DNA from: Octopus vulgaris
Lineage: Eukaryota
Direction: 5' to 3'
Length of the DNA: 64,000 nucleotides
Assembly: GCA_951406725.2 (NCBI GenBank)
Contig: OX597835.1
Coordinates: 30,752,001 to 30,816,000 of the forward strand
Under the pieces are notes generated by a model. It did not search any database, was not told where the DNA came from, and saw only the letters and a program-made list of their open reading frames with translations. Every line of letters begins with the position of its first letter. Position 1 is the first letter of the stretch. The position numbers were made by a program, and so were the translations under genes. This document shows, piece after piece, positions 28,846 to 42,467 of the stretch.

Positions 28846-28974
28846 TACGTATTTATTTGCTTATTTCATTCGTTTACTTGAATCACACTTATGTTTGAAA
28901 TTAATAATTAGATATAATTGAATCTTTACTGGCTGATGTTTTTCGATTGTTTATCCTCTCCATTTTCATTATTG

Positions 28975-29034
<60 letters not shown>

Positions 29035-29047
29035 ATATATATGTATG

Positions 29048-29145
<98 letters not shown>

Positions 29146-29701
29146 CATATACATATATATATGTATATACTTGTGTGTGTGTATGTATGTGTGCGTATAT
29201 CTGTATGCATACGTACATGCACATGCAAAAATTTAAGTATATTTGAGTATATTTATGTATATCTATAAATAATGACGATAGTTGAATTCCTGTTGTATGG
29301 TATTTTATATACCTGTATTTGTCTATGTTGTTCAGATTCATACCACAGACCCCTCTGAGTCATTTCTCTTAGTCCATTTTTGTTTTCATTAATAATAAGG
29401 AAAACCTCCTGAACTCAAGGTACTTGTGGAATCAACGTACTTTTTATCGCAAGCGTTCCAGCCATGCCTTCACCCAGAGAAAGACTTACTCAGTAGATAA
29501 ACACCTACTCTTTTTCCATTTCTCTCACTAGTTTTGGAACCGCTAAAACTAACCGAGGTCGACTTTGCTTTCATCCTTTCGGGGTTGATAAATTATGTAC
29601 CAGCTGCTTACAGAGGTCGCTCTAATTGACTGGCCCTCTCCCCAAAAATTTCGCCCTTTTGCCTAGAGTAGAAAAGAATATATTTCATAATCACATCTCT
29701 G

Positions 29702-30465
29702 AGCAGTCGATGCTCAGTTGAGATTCAGTAGATATTCAGTTGTTATTCAGTAGATGTTCTGTTGATATGCAGTAGATGTTCAGTTGATGTGCAGTTGATA
29801 TTCAGCAGACAGTCATCTGACAGGCAGTTTATGTGCAGTTGCTATTCAGTAGCTGTTTCGTTGATATTTTATTTAAACTCAGGCGACAAGCTGTTGGAAT
29901 CGTTACTGTGCCGGACAAAATGTTTAGCAGCATTTCTTCCGGCTTTTTATGCTTCGATTTCAAATTTCGCCGAGATCGACTCTATGCCTTTCATAATTTC
30001 GTGGTTGATAATATAAGTAGCAGTTAAACACTGGGGTCGATGTAATCGTCTTAGCCCCTTCTCCATATCAGCTGGCCTTGTGCCAAAATTTGAACTGATG
30101 TTTAATAATGTGCAAGTGATATTCAGTAGGCAGTCAGTTGATATACAGTTGATGTGAAGCTGCTATTCAGCAGATGTTCTGTTTGATGTGCAGTTGATAA
30201 GCAGCTGATATGCAGTTGATGTGCAGTTGCTATTCAGCAGATGTTCTACTTGATATACAGTAGATGTCCAGTTGATGTGCAGTTGATATGCAGTTGATGT
30301 GCTGTTTCTATTCAGCAGATATTATTTTGGATACGCAGTAGATATCCAGTTGATGTGCAGTTGATATTTAGCAGATGCTTACTAATATGCCGATGATATT
30401 CAGCATATGGTCAGTGGATGTACAGTTGAAGTGCAGTTGGTTTTCACTAGTTATTTCGTTGTTAC
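29702..30465. repeat. Degenerate 11-bp tandem repeat (cagttgatrtg) interrupted by a SINE A at about 29881-30095
   Basis: gcagttgatat/gcagttgatgt units on both sides of the SINE. Confidence 0.85.
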
Positions 30466-30500
30466 GCAATTAATGAGAACTAATATCTAAATTAAATTGA

Positions 30501-30700
30501 AGGGCAAGCTGGTGGAAACGTTACTGCGCCGGACAAAATATTTAGCAGCATTTCTTCCGGCCCTTTATGTCCTGATTTCAAATATCTCCGAGTTCAATTT
30601 GCTCTTTATCCTTTCATGGTCGATAATACAAGTACCAGTTATATACTAGGGACAATGTAATCGACTAACGCTCTGCCTTTGTGTCTATAGTAGACAAGAT
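30501..30700 (+). mobile_element. SINE family A
   Basis: Shared head and core; closely resembles the 29881 copy. Confidence 0.8.
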
Positions 30701-31300
30701 ATTTAGTTTGAATTTCTAACCAAAGAAAAACCAAGATAAAACAAGAGCAAAGACATGGAAAATGAGCTGAAGAGAAATACACTATAGTGGCTCACCCTAC
30801 TTACATTAAGTTTATCCTTAAGCTGAAGGGAGATAAGCAGTACTGAACAATGATTACTACCAGGATGACAAATGAAAATGTTAAAAATACTTATTATCTA
30901 GAAATATGTTGACACATTGCGTTTCCAATTATATAAAATACAACAAATGATAAAATAGAAAAGGAAACATAGACTGAGAGTTAACAGATACGGTGACATT
31001 ATCTGATTTAAATTTGCTTATTTTTCACATTTTATTATTATCTTTATTAGTTTTGGTCTTTTAAAGCTATTAAATTTGAATTCAGTATGATATGGCTGCT
31101 ATTTCTAGCGGGCTTATCAACCGTATAGAATTTATATGGCGCCTGGGGACTTCTGAATAATTTTTTGTTGAAATATATGTGCAATAAATGGCTTATATTT
31201 ATACGATATACAAAATATTAAATTTTTTTAATACAATTCCTGATAATATTTAATTGCACCCCCCTCGAAAAAAAAAGCAAAAAACAATAGGATTTTAAAC

Positions 31301-31468
31301 AGGCGTGGGTGAGTAGCAAGAAGCTTGCTTCCCAACCACTCGATTCTGGGTTCAGTCACACTGCATGGCACTTTAAGAGAATGTCTTCCATAGCCCCGGG
31401 CCGATTAAAATCTTGTGTGTGGATTTGGTTGGCGGAAACTAAAAGAATACCATCGTATGCATACACAG

Positions 31469-31503
<35 letters not shown>

Positions 31504-31705
31504 CTTGTGTCTGTGTTTGTCCCCCCCTCCAATCATCGCCTGACAACCTGTGTTTGGTGTGTTTACGTACCCGTGACTTATCGGTTCGGCAAAGAGACCG
31601 ATAGAAGAAGTACTAGGCTTACAAAAATAAATCCTGGATGCGAATATTTCGACAAAATAACTCCAGCATGACAACAGTGAAACGATTGAAACAGGTAAAA
31701 GATTC
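31301..31705 (+). mobile_element. SINE family B
   Basis: Head, internal (TA)(TG) and tail. Confidence 0.88.
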
Positions 31706-31719
31706 AAAGAATATAAGAA

Positions 31720-32340
31720 TAAAAGAATACACTGAATCGCTATGGAGGTCCAGTGGAGTCAAATAGGAAACAAAAGGGTCCTTAGGCAAAAAAAAAAAAG
31801 AAAAGAAAATGAAACAGAAAATGGCTGCGAGCAACTGATATAGAGAGAGAATGGCAAGTAATATTTGAATGAGAAACGCTGCCGTGAGTCTGCAATACTT
31901 GTCTTAACGCTAGGAATAGAGTTTTAAGAAGAAACTGATGGAAGCGGTGAGAGACAAGGAAGAGACATGCATTCTGCAGATTATTGATTCGGTAAGATAT
32001 TTAGTTTTTCTTTCAGGGTGTGGGGAATACGGAAGTGAAAGTAAATATTGACATAACATGGCGGATTTAAGAGTGACATTTTCTGAAAAAAGATGGCGGG
32101 GGCCCCGTTATGATGTCAGCAAGTAGACAGAGCTGATATATTAACATTCCAGAAACATATTGGGTTTATATGAAGAAGAATAACTGCAAGGATCAACATT
32201 AAAAATATGCGTTTATTGTATTATTTCCGAATATGGAATATGTGATATTATTTTGTTATCTGGGAAAAACAATTGCAGCTGTGCAGAGTAGATATTTGGG
32301 ATATCAGAAAGCTATTTTGATCCTTTTCAACATATGTCTG
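31720..32340 (-). mobile_element. Possible highly degenerate CR1/L2-like RT remnant
   Basis: Weak resemblance to FADD-region and downstream RT motifs on the minus strand. Confidence 0.3.
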
Positions 32341-32394
32341 AGATCATGGAAGAATTAAGTATATAAATATATACATACATAGATACATACATAA

Positions 32395-32461
<67 letters not shown>

Positions 32462-32533
32462 TAGATAGATAGGTATAGATATATCTGTGTGTGTGTATTC
32501 AAATACATATACATGCACATATATATATATATA

Positions 32534-32585
<52 letters not shown>

Positions 32586-32856
32586 CATACACACACACAC
32601 ATACACACCAACACACACACACACAGACATATATATATATATGTAATGTGTGTGCGTCGGTGCATATATGTGTATGCACATACACCACACACCCATATAT
32701 ATATATTTATATATATATAAATGAGAAAAAACCCGCCCTTTATCAATTCAAAATGAACAATTAAATTACACCATCTAGAAAATTACATATAATAGAAAAA
32801 TTGAAATGAAAAATAAGTAAAGATTAAGTAAATTGCAAAAAATAAAAATAAAAAAG

Positions 32857-32954
<98 letters not shown>

Positions 32955-32969
32955 GATTGGATAAATAAC

Positions 32970-33200
32970 AAATGAAATTATGAAGTAGACTTCATTAGGT
33001 TACAGTCGTTTCTGCTACATGGAGTATGTGCAGTCATGTATGCAACCCACAGTATTGTTCCGTGCACCTTTATGCAGCAGGTACTCATGTCGGTCAACTA
33101 ATTATGATGTATAATTATCGGTTAAATTAAAAGAAAAAATTGAAGAGGTACCAGGCCTTGCATTCGAATATATTCATAATGCAACGAAAGCGAACCGAGA
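32970..33200. mobile_element. Degenerate Penelope-like fold-back with two eroded hammerhead motifs
   Basis: Minus strand GAAACGACTGTA at about 33001-33012; plus strand TTGAAGA-G (33140)...ttgcat/atgcaa-CGAAA (33185); adjacent to (TA)n. Confidence 0.4.
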
Positions 33201-33324
33201 TTTACCCATAAGAATTACAGTAAGATTGCTCAAACTAAAAGATCTTAGCTGCTTCTAACTACTTGATGCGGTTGACCGCAACCTGAACTATACGTGAGAG
33301 TCCTTACGTCGATAATTTATCCCT

Positions 33325-33718
33325 GGAGAGCTGGCAGAAACATTAGCATGCCGGGCCAAATGCTTCGCGGTATTTCGTCTGCCGTTACGTTCTGAGTTCA
33401 AATTCCGCCGAGGTCGACTTTGCTTTTCATCCTTTCGGGGTTGATAATTTAAGTACCAGTTACGCACTGGGGTCGATATAAGCGACTTAATCCGTTCGTC
33501 TGTCCTTGTTTGTCCTCTCTGTGTGTAGCCTCTTGTGGGTAGTAAAGAAATAGGTATTTCGTCTGTCTTTACGTTCCGAGTTCAAATTCCGCTAAGGTCG
33601 ACTTTGCCTTTCATCCTTCCGGAGTCAATAAATTAAGTACCAGTTGCGTACTGGGGTCGATCTAATCGACTGTCCCCCTCCCCAAACATTTCAGGCCTTG
33701 TACCTAGAGTAGAAAAGG
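33325..33718 (+). mobile_element. Dimeric SINE family A
   Basis: Full monomer with alternative tail joined at aaagaaataggtatttcgtctg to a headless second monomer. Confidence 0.92.
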
Positions 33719-33740
33719 ACAATTTATTCCTATGTACTTA

Positions 33741-33826
<86 letters not shown>

Positions 33827-33952
33827 ATATATATATATGTATATATATATAACACAGAGAAATCAAACAAGCGTTTGGACGTAGCACAAGCAATGTATTA
33901 TATATTTATATATATATAATACGTTATAATACATTGCTATCTCTCTCTCTCT

Positions 33953-34007
<55 letters not shown>

Positions 34008-34264
34008 TATATGATGTGTTAACAGCCATATCTTCATTCATACATTTCCTTACATCTATATACAAATTTTCACACTGCACGTGCACACATAATCCCGACG
34101 AGGTAATGCATTTATTAACCCCTAATTCAGATAATACCTATCAAAATACAAGCAAAAGCATAGATACTCCATAACTGGACGAAATGCAACGAAGTGAAGG
34201 ATTATGTGACGTCGCTGATCTCAAGAGTTTATAGGGAGTTGACGTGATCTGATAATACTCGTTT

Positions 34265-34469
34265 CCAATTTTCGCGCAAAGCCAGCAATTTTAAGGGAGA
34301 GTTCAGTCGATTACATGAACCCAAAGTATTCAAATGATACTTAATTTATCGATCCCGAAAGGATGAAAGGCAAGGTCGACCTTGGCGGAATTTGAACTCA
34401 GAACCTATGGAGGGGTGAAATTTTGCTTAGTATCTTGCCCGGCGTCATAACGATTCTGCCAGCTCGCCA
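34265..34469 (-). mobile_element. SINE family A
   Basis: Reverse complement of the core and head (ttctgccagctcgcc). Confidence 0.88.
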
Positions 34470-34584
34470 CGTGGTAGTTTGATGAAAATCAAGAATAATA
34501 TAATTCAGTGACCTCTGAGATCATATCGGAGAATTTCGTTGAAGCGGAGTTATAGAACATGCTGAGCATATTGCCAATGTGAAT

Positions 34585-34865
34585 GTGCGTGACCTAATGT
34601 TTAGGTTGTTTCACTCAAGATTGCTCGGATGCGGGTTCGATACCTGGACCGGGCGGCGCGTTGCATTCTTGAGCAAGACACTTCATGTCATGTTGCCACA
34701 GTCCACTCTGCTGTGAATGAGTAACCCCATCGCAGACCTGTCTTACAGTCAGAAGGACCGTTAGACTGCTCACCTAACCAGCAAAGTTGACGCCGTTCGA
34801 AAGCTAAAGTACATTGTAATGAGCGATGTAAAACACCATTCAAGAGTTTGATCGATCACGTGATG
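34585..34865 (+). mobile_element. tRNA-derived CORE-like SINE, family D
   Basis: gggttcgatacc B-box and ttcttgagcaagacactt CORE-like segment; 3' part related to 39201-39292. Confidence 0.7.
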
Positions 34866-34916
34866 TACCAAGACATGGCCTCCACACAGATACACTGATA
34901 TGTGTGAGCGTCTGTG

Positions 34917-35017
<101 letters not shown>

Positions 35018-35286
35018 CTTATTTTAAGCATAGAAAATTCAACAAAATCTGTTACTCTGAGTTTCTCGTTGCCGTTCATCAGACAGTTTTTGCTAGAATA
35101 TATATATATATATACACTTCCTCACATGCTTATATACACAGACCTAGTACCCGACAATCATAGGCATACACGATTCCATTATTCGTACACCGACATAATA
35201 GAATATTTTAGACGTCTACACTCTAAAACACGGACAATCATGCATACACGATTATTAATACATGCCTATAATTACATACATAAATC

Positions 35287-35328
<42 letters not shown>

Positions 35329-35443
35329 CACATAAATACACACACACACATATATATATCATATTTAAATAATATTTCTCTCTTTCTCACACACTCTATA
35401 TATATTATGTTGTATAAGATCTATCTATCTATCTTTCTATCTA

Positions 35444-35474
<31 letters not shown>

Positions 35475-35704
35475 TTTTGCACATTATATATATGTTTATA
35501 TATATATGTATATATGTATATATGTATGTATATATTTACAGAAACATACACACACACATACACATATACATACAGACATGCAAACATACTTGCATGTTTC
35601 TATGGACATAGTTGCATGAATATATCTGCATCTCTCTCTGTCTCTCCACATATCTCTCTACCTGTCTCTTTATTTATTTATCTATCTATCTATCTATCTA
35701 TCTA

Positions 35705-35737
<33 letters not shown>

Positions 35738-35777
35738 GCTATCTAATAATTTACATACATAGATATGTGTTGATGTA

Positions 35778-35832
<55 letters not shown>

Positions 35833-35867
35833 CAGGAAGCTTTATGAAAATAAACAAAAGACGAAGG

Positions 35868-35933
<66 letters not shown>

Positions 35934-36380
35934 GTATATATACATCTTTAAAGCGAACGTATGTATTCACAAACAGATACACACGGCTACACGCACAGAT
36001 CCTCATATATTCATAAGCAGCAACATGAATGCAACGGAAGCAGCGTCTCTTAATGCGTTCAAATGAAACTCCAGATTGATAACAATACAGTAACACAAGA
36101 TGAATTAAGAAATGGGGAAGTGGCTTTCTGGTTCACAGCAAAACCTAATCTCGTCGTCTTTTCATTGACTTTAGTCTTTTTGCATGAAACACTTGCCCTC
36201 AGGTTAAAGAATTTTCAACTGTCGATGAATTGGCCGGCAGATGGCGGCAGAGGTATTTCGTCAAAAACGCCATATTGAAGAAAAGAAGTCGGCGAAGAAA
36301 ATAATGGGACAGATTTCCATAGCAGGGAAATAGAGAAATAGAGAAATAGAGACTATGTTGTATCTATAGGACACATGGAA

Positions 36381-36448
<68 letters not shown>

Positions 36449-36545
36449 ATACATATATATGTATATGTATATATATATATGTGTGTGTGTGTGTGTATGT
36501 ATATAAATATATATGTATATATATATGCATATGTATTTATATATG

Positions 36546-36605
<60 letters not shown>

Positions 36606-37079
36606 TGACTTATATAAGGAGAAACAGAGAGAGGGGGAGATAGAGAGAGAGGGAGTAAATAAAAAGAAAAGAAAGATAGAAAGAAAGAAAGACAGAGAGA
36701 GTGTGTGTGTGTGTGTGTGTGTCTGTGTGTGTGATAGAGAGTGTTGGGTGGAGTGTTGTGATGAAGGTTATTGTGCGGTTTTTCGAAAATTGACGATAAC
36801 ATGGAAAAGTGGAGCGAATAAAAGTGCTTGTGGGAGAAATTATGCTGTAAACATGGAAGAATGGGGTTGATATCATGGCCGACATTGTTGATGACAATAA
36901 CTGTAATGAAGCTGATGAGGATGGGGGTGAGCAGGAGGTGGTGGTGATGATGGTGTTTGTGTGTGTGGAGTGGGTGTGGGTGATGTTGATGAGGGCAGTG
37001 ATAATGACACTGGTAATGCAGTTATTACTACTACGGTCATATACATATACATACATACATTATATATATATATATATAT

Positions 37080-37112
<33 letters not shown>

Positions 37113-37172
37113 CACGCATATATATATACACGCATATATATATATATATATACACGCATATATATATATACA

Positions 37173-37242
<70 letters not shown>

Positions 37243-37635
37243 AAGAGCGATTTATTCGTGATCAGAGGTATTCGATAAACCGATGTACTACTGTATATCA
37301 TGTTACCAATATTAATTCGTGTCATTTATAACACGTGACAGGGACCAATATGTCTGCAGGTGCGATTACACCGTAAAAATGGTCCAAGAATTATTGGTTA
37401 AAACAGAATTGGTACCAGTAATATTTGGGAGGAATTAGCGGGTAGATTATCATTACCATCACATCAACACCACTAAAAACATTTTACTGCTACCACCACA
37501 ACCACCACCAAAAATATCACCGCCGCCACCACCACTCGCTACTCCTATTGTCACCTCTATCATCCCCACCACTACTAGCACCACTACTATCATCACCACC
37601 ATCACAATCACCATCACCGTTACCATCCATATTCT

Positions 37636-37757
37636 TTTCTACTTTAGGCGCAAAGCCCGAAATTTTGGGGAAAGGGGCAAGTCGATTAGATCGAACCCCA
37701 ACACGTAAGTGGTACTTAATTTATCGACCCCGAAAGGATGAGAGGCAAAGTCGACTT
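37636..37757 (-). mobile_element. SINE family A 3' fragment
   Basis: ggtacttaatttatcgaccccgaaaggatg. Confidence 0.85.
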
Positions 37758-38299
37758 CTCATTCTCTTTGCCATCCTCGCCTCTTTCCCTCTCTTGTAGA
37801 TGCTCTCCTTCCTCTCCGTTCCTCTCTTGCTCTCCAGGTCTCTCTGGTACCGACTCCAACCACTGCTTTCGCCTTCCGTTACGCTCACCCATGCAACCAT
37901 ACACCACCAACCAGGCCCTCTTTCATAACACTAGAAACCCTAAAGACCCGGCTAGTTGTTTTTCTCTTTCTTCCTCCATCTTCTCTCCCAGTTCATCCTC
38001 TTCATGCTCTCCTTCTCTTTGCCCTCCTCGCCTCTTTCCGTAATTTCTTTCTTATTCTCCTTCCTCTCCCGTAGTCTTTCTTTCCACTGTAACACACACA
38101 CACACACACTCACTCTCTCTCCCACCCTCTCTTTCTTTCCCTCACACACACACACAAGCAAACACATTCTTTCTCACACACACACAGTCACACACACAAA
38201 ATCAAACACACTCTTTCTCGCATGCACACACTTACACACATACACGCATGCATGCAGACACACACGCAAGCAAAGATACACATACATCTATACGCACAC

Positions 38300-38360
<61 letters not shown>

Positions 38361-38759
38361 TACACACACTGTCTCTCTTTCAGACATTGAAACACACACA
38401 CATACACACTTGTACGTACTATTCATTCAATCGCGCGCAAACTCATACACAACACACACACATGTGCTCTCTCCCTCACTTTCTCTCCCCCTCTTCTTTT
38501 TCATCCCTCGCTCTTTTTCATAACTGCACACGTGCATTTTCGCTTTCTCTTCCTTTGTCTCTCTTCCATAAGAACACTTGCACACGCACACACACACTTT
38601 CTCTCTGTTTCCTTCTCTGTCTGTCTGTCTGTCTCTTTCTCATACGCACGCATACGCAGACAGTGACGTAAAAATTACACGGAATATACACGAACACACG
38701 CAAAAATAACCCAACAAAACAAACACACCGAATTACAATATACATGGACACAGTGAGCT

Positions 38760-38803
<44 letters not shown>

Positions 38804-39030
38804 TCTCACACACACACACACGCACACACTAAGATACACATACACAACATCAGACAAGTGCACAGGCAAGCACAATACAGACAATACAGACACACAGACA
38901 TGACCGCATGCTATACATCTAACAACGACTATAGACCACCAATCAGTGCATGTTCTGTCACCCATGTGTCACATGACTAGCGTAGAGGGCGTTTGTAGTA
39001 GGAAGACCTGCATGTGCATGGAGTCAAGCC

Positions 39031-39078
<48 letters not shown>

Positions 39079-39285
39079 AGCGTTCATACATGCCTTATAT
39101 ATATGTGTGTGTTTATACATACATATAAATACATACATATATATATATATATATATACATACAAGCACCCACTTATATTAATCTTTGTATATATATATAT
39201 TGGCCTGCTCGCATAGCCAGCGGGATGGCGTCATTTGAATGCTAAAACAATGCGAAGCGCATTGTGACCAGCGATGTGTAGCGAT

Positions 39286-39388
<103 letters not shown>

Positions 39389-39417
39389 AAAAACGATAAG
39401 ATAACAAAAGAAAGAAA

Positions 39418-39607
39418 GAGACCTCGATATTAAGTAAGTAGACGAAATTTATCTGTAAAATAATATGTGACAATTATTCGGTAACCAAAATAAAACTCTG
39501 TGCTTCGGATGGCAGATAACCGAAGAGATGGTGTTCTGGATTTCCATCTCGGTATCCGAGACTCAGTTTTATCTTGGCTACCGAATAAATGTCACATATT
39601 ATTTTAC

Positions 39608-39611
<4 letters not shown>
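39418..39611. mobile_element. Fold-back element with degenerate hammerhead, in (TA)n
   Basis: Perfect 22-bp IR at 39451-39472 and 39590-39611; agataa-CCGAAGA-G...C-GAGA-ctcagt-t-ttatct. Confidence 0.7.
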
Positions 39612-39673
<62 letters not shown>

Positions 39674-39706
39674 TAATAATAATAATAATAATATGACAAT
39701 CTGAAT

Positions 39707-39929
39707 GAGACCTCGATATTATGTAAATAGAAGAATGTATCTATAAATATAATATAAAACAATCAGTTAGTTGTCATAATAAGACATAATAAGAGTTTCG
39801 GATGTCGGGGCTGATGACTTGCTCCGGCATCTCATCTGTTATTATTTGTCTTAATAACTGATGAGATGTCGGAGCAGGCTTCAGCCCCGACTTCCGAAAT
39901 TCTGAATTTTATTATGACAACTAACTGAT
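39707..39929. mobile_element. Related fold-back element with inverted hammerhead pair, in (TA)n
   Basis: Shares the start gagacctcgatatt with 39418; perfect 21-bp IR at 39762-39782 and 39909-39929; the inner arms are also complementary. Confidence 0.8.
39847..39919 (+). ncRNA. Type I hammerhead ribozyme, core intact
   Basis: Stem I tgtcttaataa/ttattatgaca (10 of 11 pairs), CTGATGA at 39858-39864, stem II gatgtcggagc/gccccgacttc, GAAA at 39896-39899, stem III attc-t-gaat, H=U at 39908. Confidence 0.75.
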
Positions 39930-39932
39930 CAT

Positions 39933-39994
<62 letters not shown>

Positions 39995-40039
39995 CACATG
40001 TAATACACACACATCCATGCATACCCGTATATATGTGTA

Positions 40040-40329
40040 AAACTAGATCGCCGTCTGTTACGACGACGTTAGTTCCAGACGATTCGATCAACGGAACAGC
40101 CTGCTCGTGAAATTAACTTGCAAATGACTGAGCACTCCTTCATGAAATTTCAGTGAGACACAGAATGGGACAAGGCCCGGCCCGTTGACATACTGGTACA
40201 ACGGATTTTTGTCACCTGAACAGCATGAATCAATGTGTCTTACGCAAAGGTAAAACGCGCCATCAGGAATCGAACTCAAGACCTCGCAATCATGAGCCGA
40301 ATATTCCAGCCATTATGCTACGTGCCTCC
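40040..40329 (-). mobile_element. tRNA-derived SINE, family E
   Basis: Minus strand ggaggcacgtagcataatgg (A-box)...gagttcgattcc (B-box), with a distinct 3' body. Confidence 0.75.
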
Positions 40330-40369
40330 ACACACACACACACACACACAGAGGCACATATATATACAC

Positions 40370-40405
<36 letters not shown>

Positions 40406-40447
40406 ATAAATATTATGTGTGTATACATAGAGGTGCACATAAATATA

Positions 40448-41058
40448 TTGGGTAGGCAAATAAGTTCCCGCCCTTTTTTTTAATTTTGGAATTTATCGCG
40501 TTTTTAAATTTTGGAATCTATTTGTTCGAGAATTCTATTTTTTAATCATTTTGGAATCATTTTTTTTTTTCAGTTAATTTTTGTTTATTTTTCAATCATT
40601 AAAATGGAATGTCAAGTTAAGAAAAACGAGCCTTTTCAACACCTCCTTTTTGCTTTGAATGAAGATTCTAAGGCCGCAAAAGCTGTTCTCAACATTTGTG
40701 CTGTGTATGGAGAGGGTGCCATAGCTGAAAGAACTGCTCGTGATTGGTATGTCAAGTTCAAAAATTTTGATCTCAAAGACGCACCTCGTTCAGTTGAGTT
40801 CGATGAAGAGCGATTAAACCAACTTTTGCACGAATATACTCGTCAAACGAAAAGTGAACTGGCAGAGAAAATGGAATGCTCACACACTGCTCTAGAGAAG
40901 CATCGATGGGAAAGGTTCAGAAGTATGGAGCATGGGTTCCGCATGCTTTAAGTGACAACAACAAAAATCAATGAGCCACAATCTCCGCTGGTTTGCTTGC
41001 TCGTCACCGCTCAACTCATGGACACAAGCAACGATTTCTTTACCGAATCATTACTGGC
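40448..41058 (+). mobile_element. Mariner (Tc1/mariner) transposon 5' half with transposase pseudogene
   Basis: TA followed by TIR ttgggtaggcaaataagttc; ATG at 40604; HTH region ICAVYGEGAIAERTARDW; WVPHAL motif; FLYRIITG; frameshift and stop; truncated at the start of the DD34D domain. Confidence 0.92.
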
Positions 41059-41283
41059 TTCCACAGCAGGCCGTGCAATTCGAAATCGTGTAAAACGTAG
41101 TATGGACATTTGTGTGCGTATTATGCATTTGTTTCCTTATATGTGTGTTTATGATTTTTGTAGTATTGCATGTATGTGTGTATATTTTATAATGTATATT
41201 ACATATATTTCCTTACGCGCATACTCAGGAAAATATAAATATTGACATGCAAGCGTTAGTTTGTGTTTGTATGTGTTTCTGTG

Positions 41284-41325
<42 letters not shown>

Positions 41326-41377
41326 ATGCATTCATACACACACATATATATTACTTTATTCATTTATTTTCTCTAAT

Positions 41378-41770
41378 TTGTTTCAGTTATTTCACTGCAG
41401 ACATGCTGGAGAACCGCCTTTAGTCGAGAAAATTGACCCCAGGAATTATTCTTTGTAAAGCTAGTAATTATTCTGTCCATCGCTTTTGTCGAACCGCTAA
41501 GTTAGACAGCAACATCTATTATCAAACGATGGTGGAGGGAAAACACAGACGCAACCATATACACAAACATTTATATATATACATATATACACACACATAC
41601 ACACACACACACACACACACGGGCTTCTTTCAGTTTCTGTCTACAAGTCTACTCATAGGCTTTTATCGACCGAGGCTATAGTAGGGACACTACGCAAGTA
41701 CACCAAAGGGACTGAACCGGAACCATGTGGTTATAGCAATCTACTTACCACATATCGACTGCTACGCCTA
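41378..41770 (-). mobile_element. SINE family B
   Basis: Reverse-complement tail, internal microsatellite, head. Confidence 0.85.
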
Positions 41771-41779
41771 TGCATAAGA

Positions 41780-41854
<75 letters not shown>

Positions 41855-42204
41855 ACATATATATAACTGTATATATATATATATAAATATAGAATTGTAT
41901 ATAAATATATATATATATAATTATAAGCATAGCCATATATAATACATCACCCTCTCTACGTATATTGATATAGTCTTACAAACAATATTACGAACGTAAG
42001 CAATACTCTGTTAGCCCTGGGAAAACATCTCGAAGTAAATTCGCAGAATAGGCAGCGGAAGTCCCTGCCTCAGCAGGAGACTTTATGATGTCTATTTCTA
42101 CATGGATTTCAGACCTGAGTATCTTGGAGGGTTTTGATACAACTTTGGATATGTTGTGGATGTTTGAAACTAGAGCATGGCACACTTTTCTGCTAAGTAA
42201 TCTT

Positions 42205-42242
<38 letters not shown>

Positions 42243-42263
42243 AATCATCTATGTATCTACTTC

Positions 42264-42325
<62 letters not shown>

Positions 42326-42350
42326 TATACATATATATACATATATATAC

Positions 42351-42384
<34 letters not shown>

Positions 42385-42433
42385 TAGTTCCGGTTGAGTT
42401 AACCAGTAAGTAAGGTACTCAATACATAGCAGA

Positions 42434-42467
<34 letters not shown>

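Noticed and set aside
32030-32099. ETS (cggaagtg) and two YY1-like (aa.atggcgg) motifs suggesting a promoter
   Set aside because: They lie within a probable degenerate LINE remnant, with no CpG island or downstream exon.
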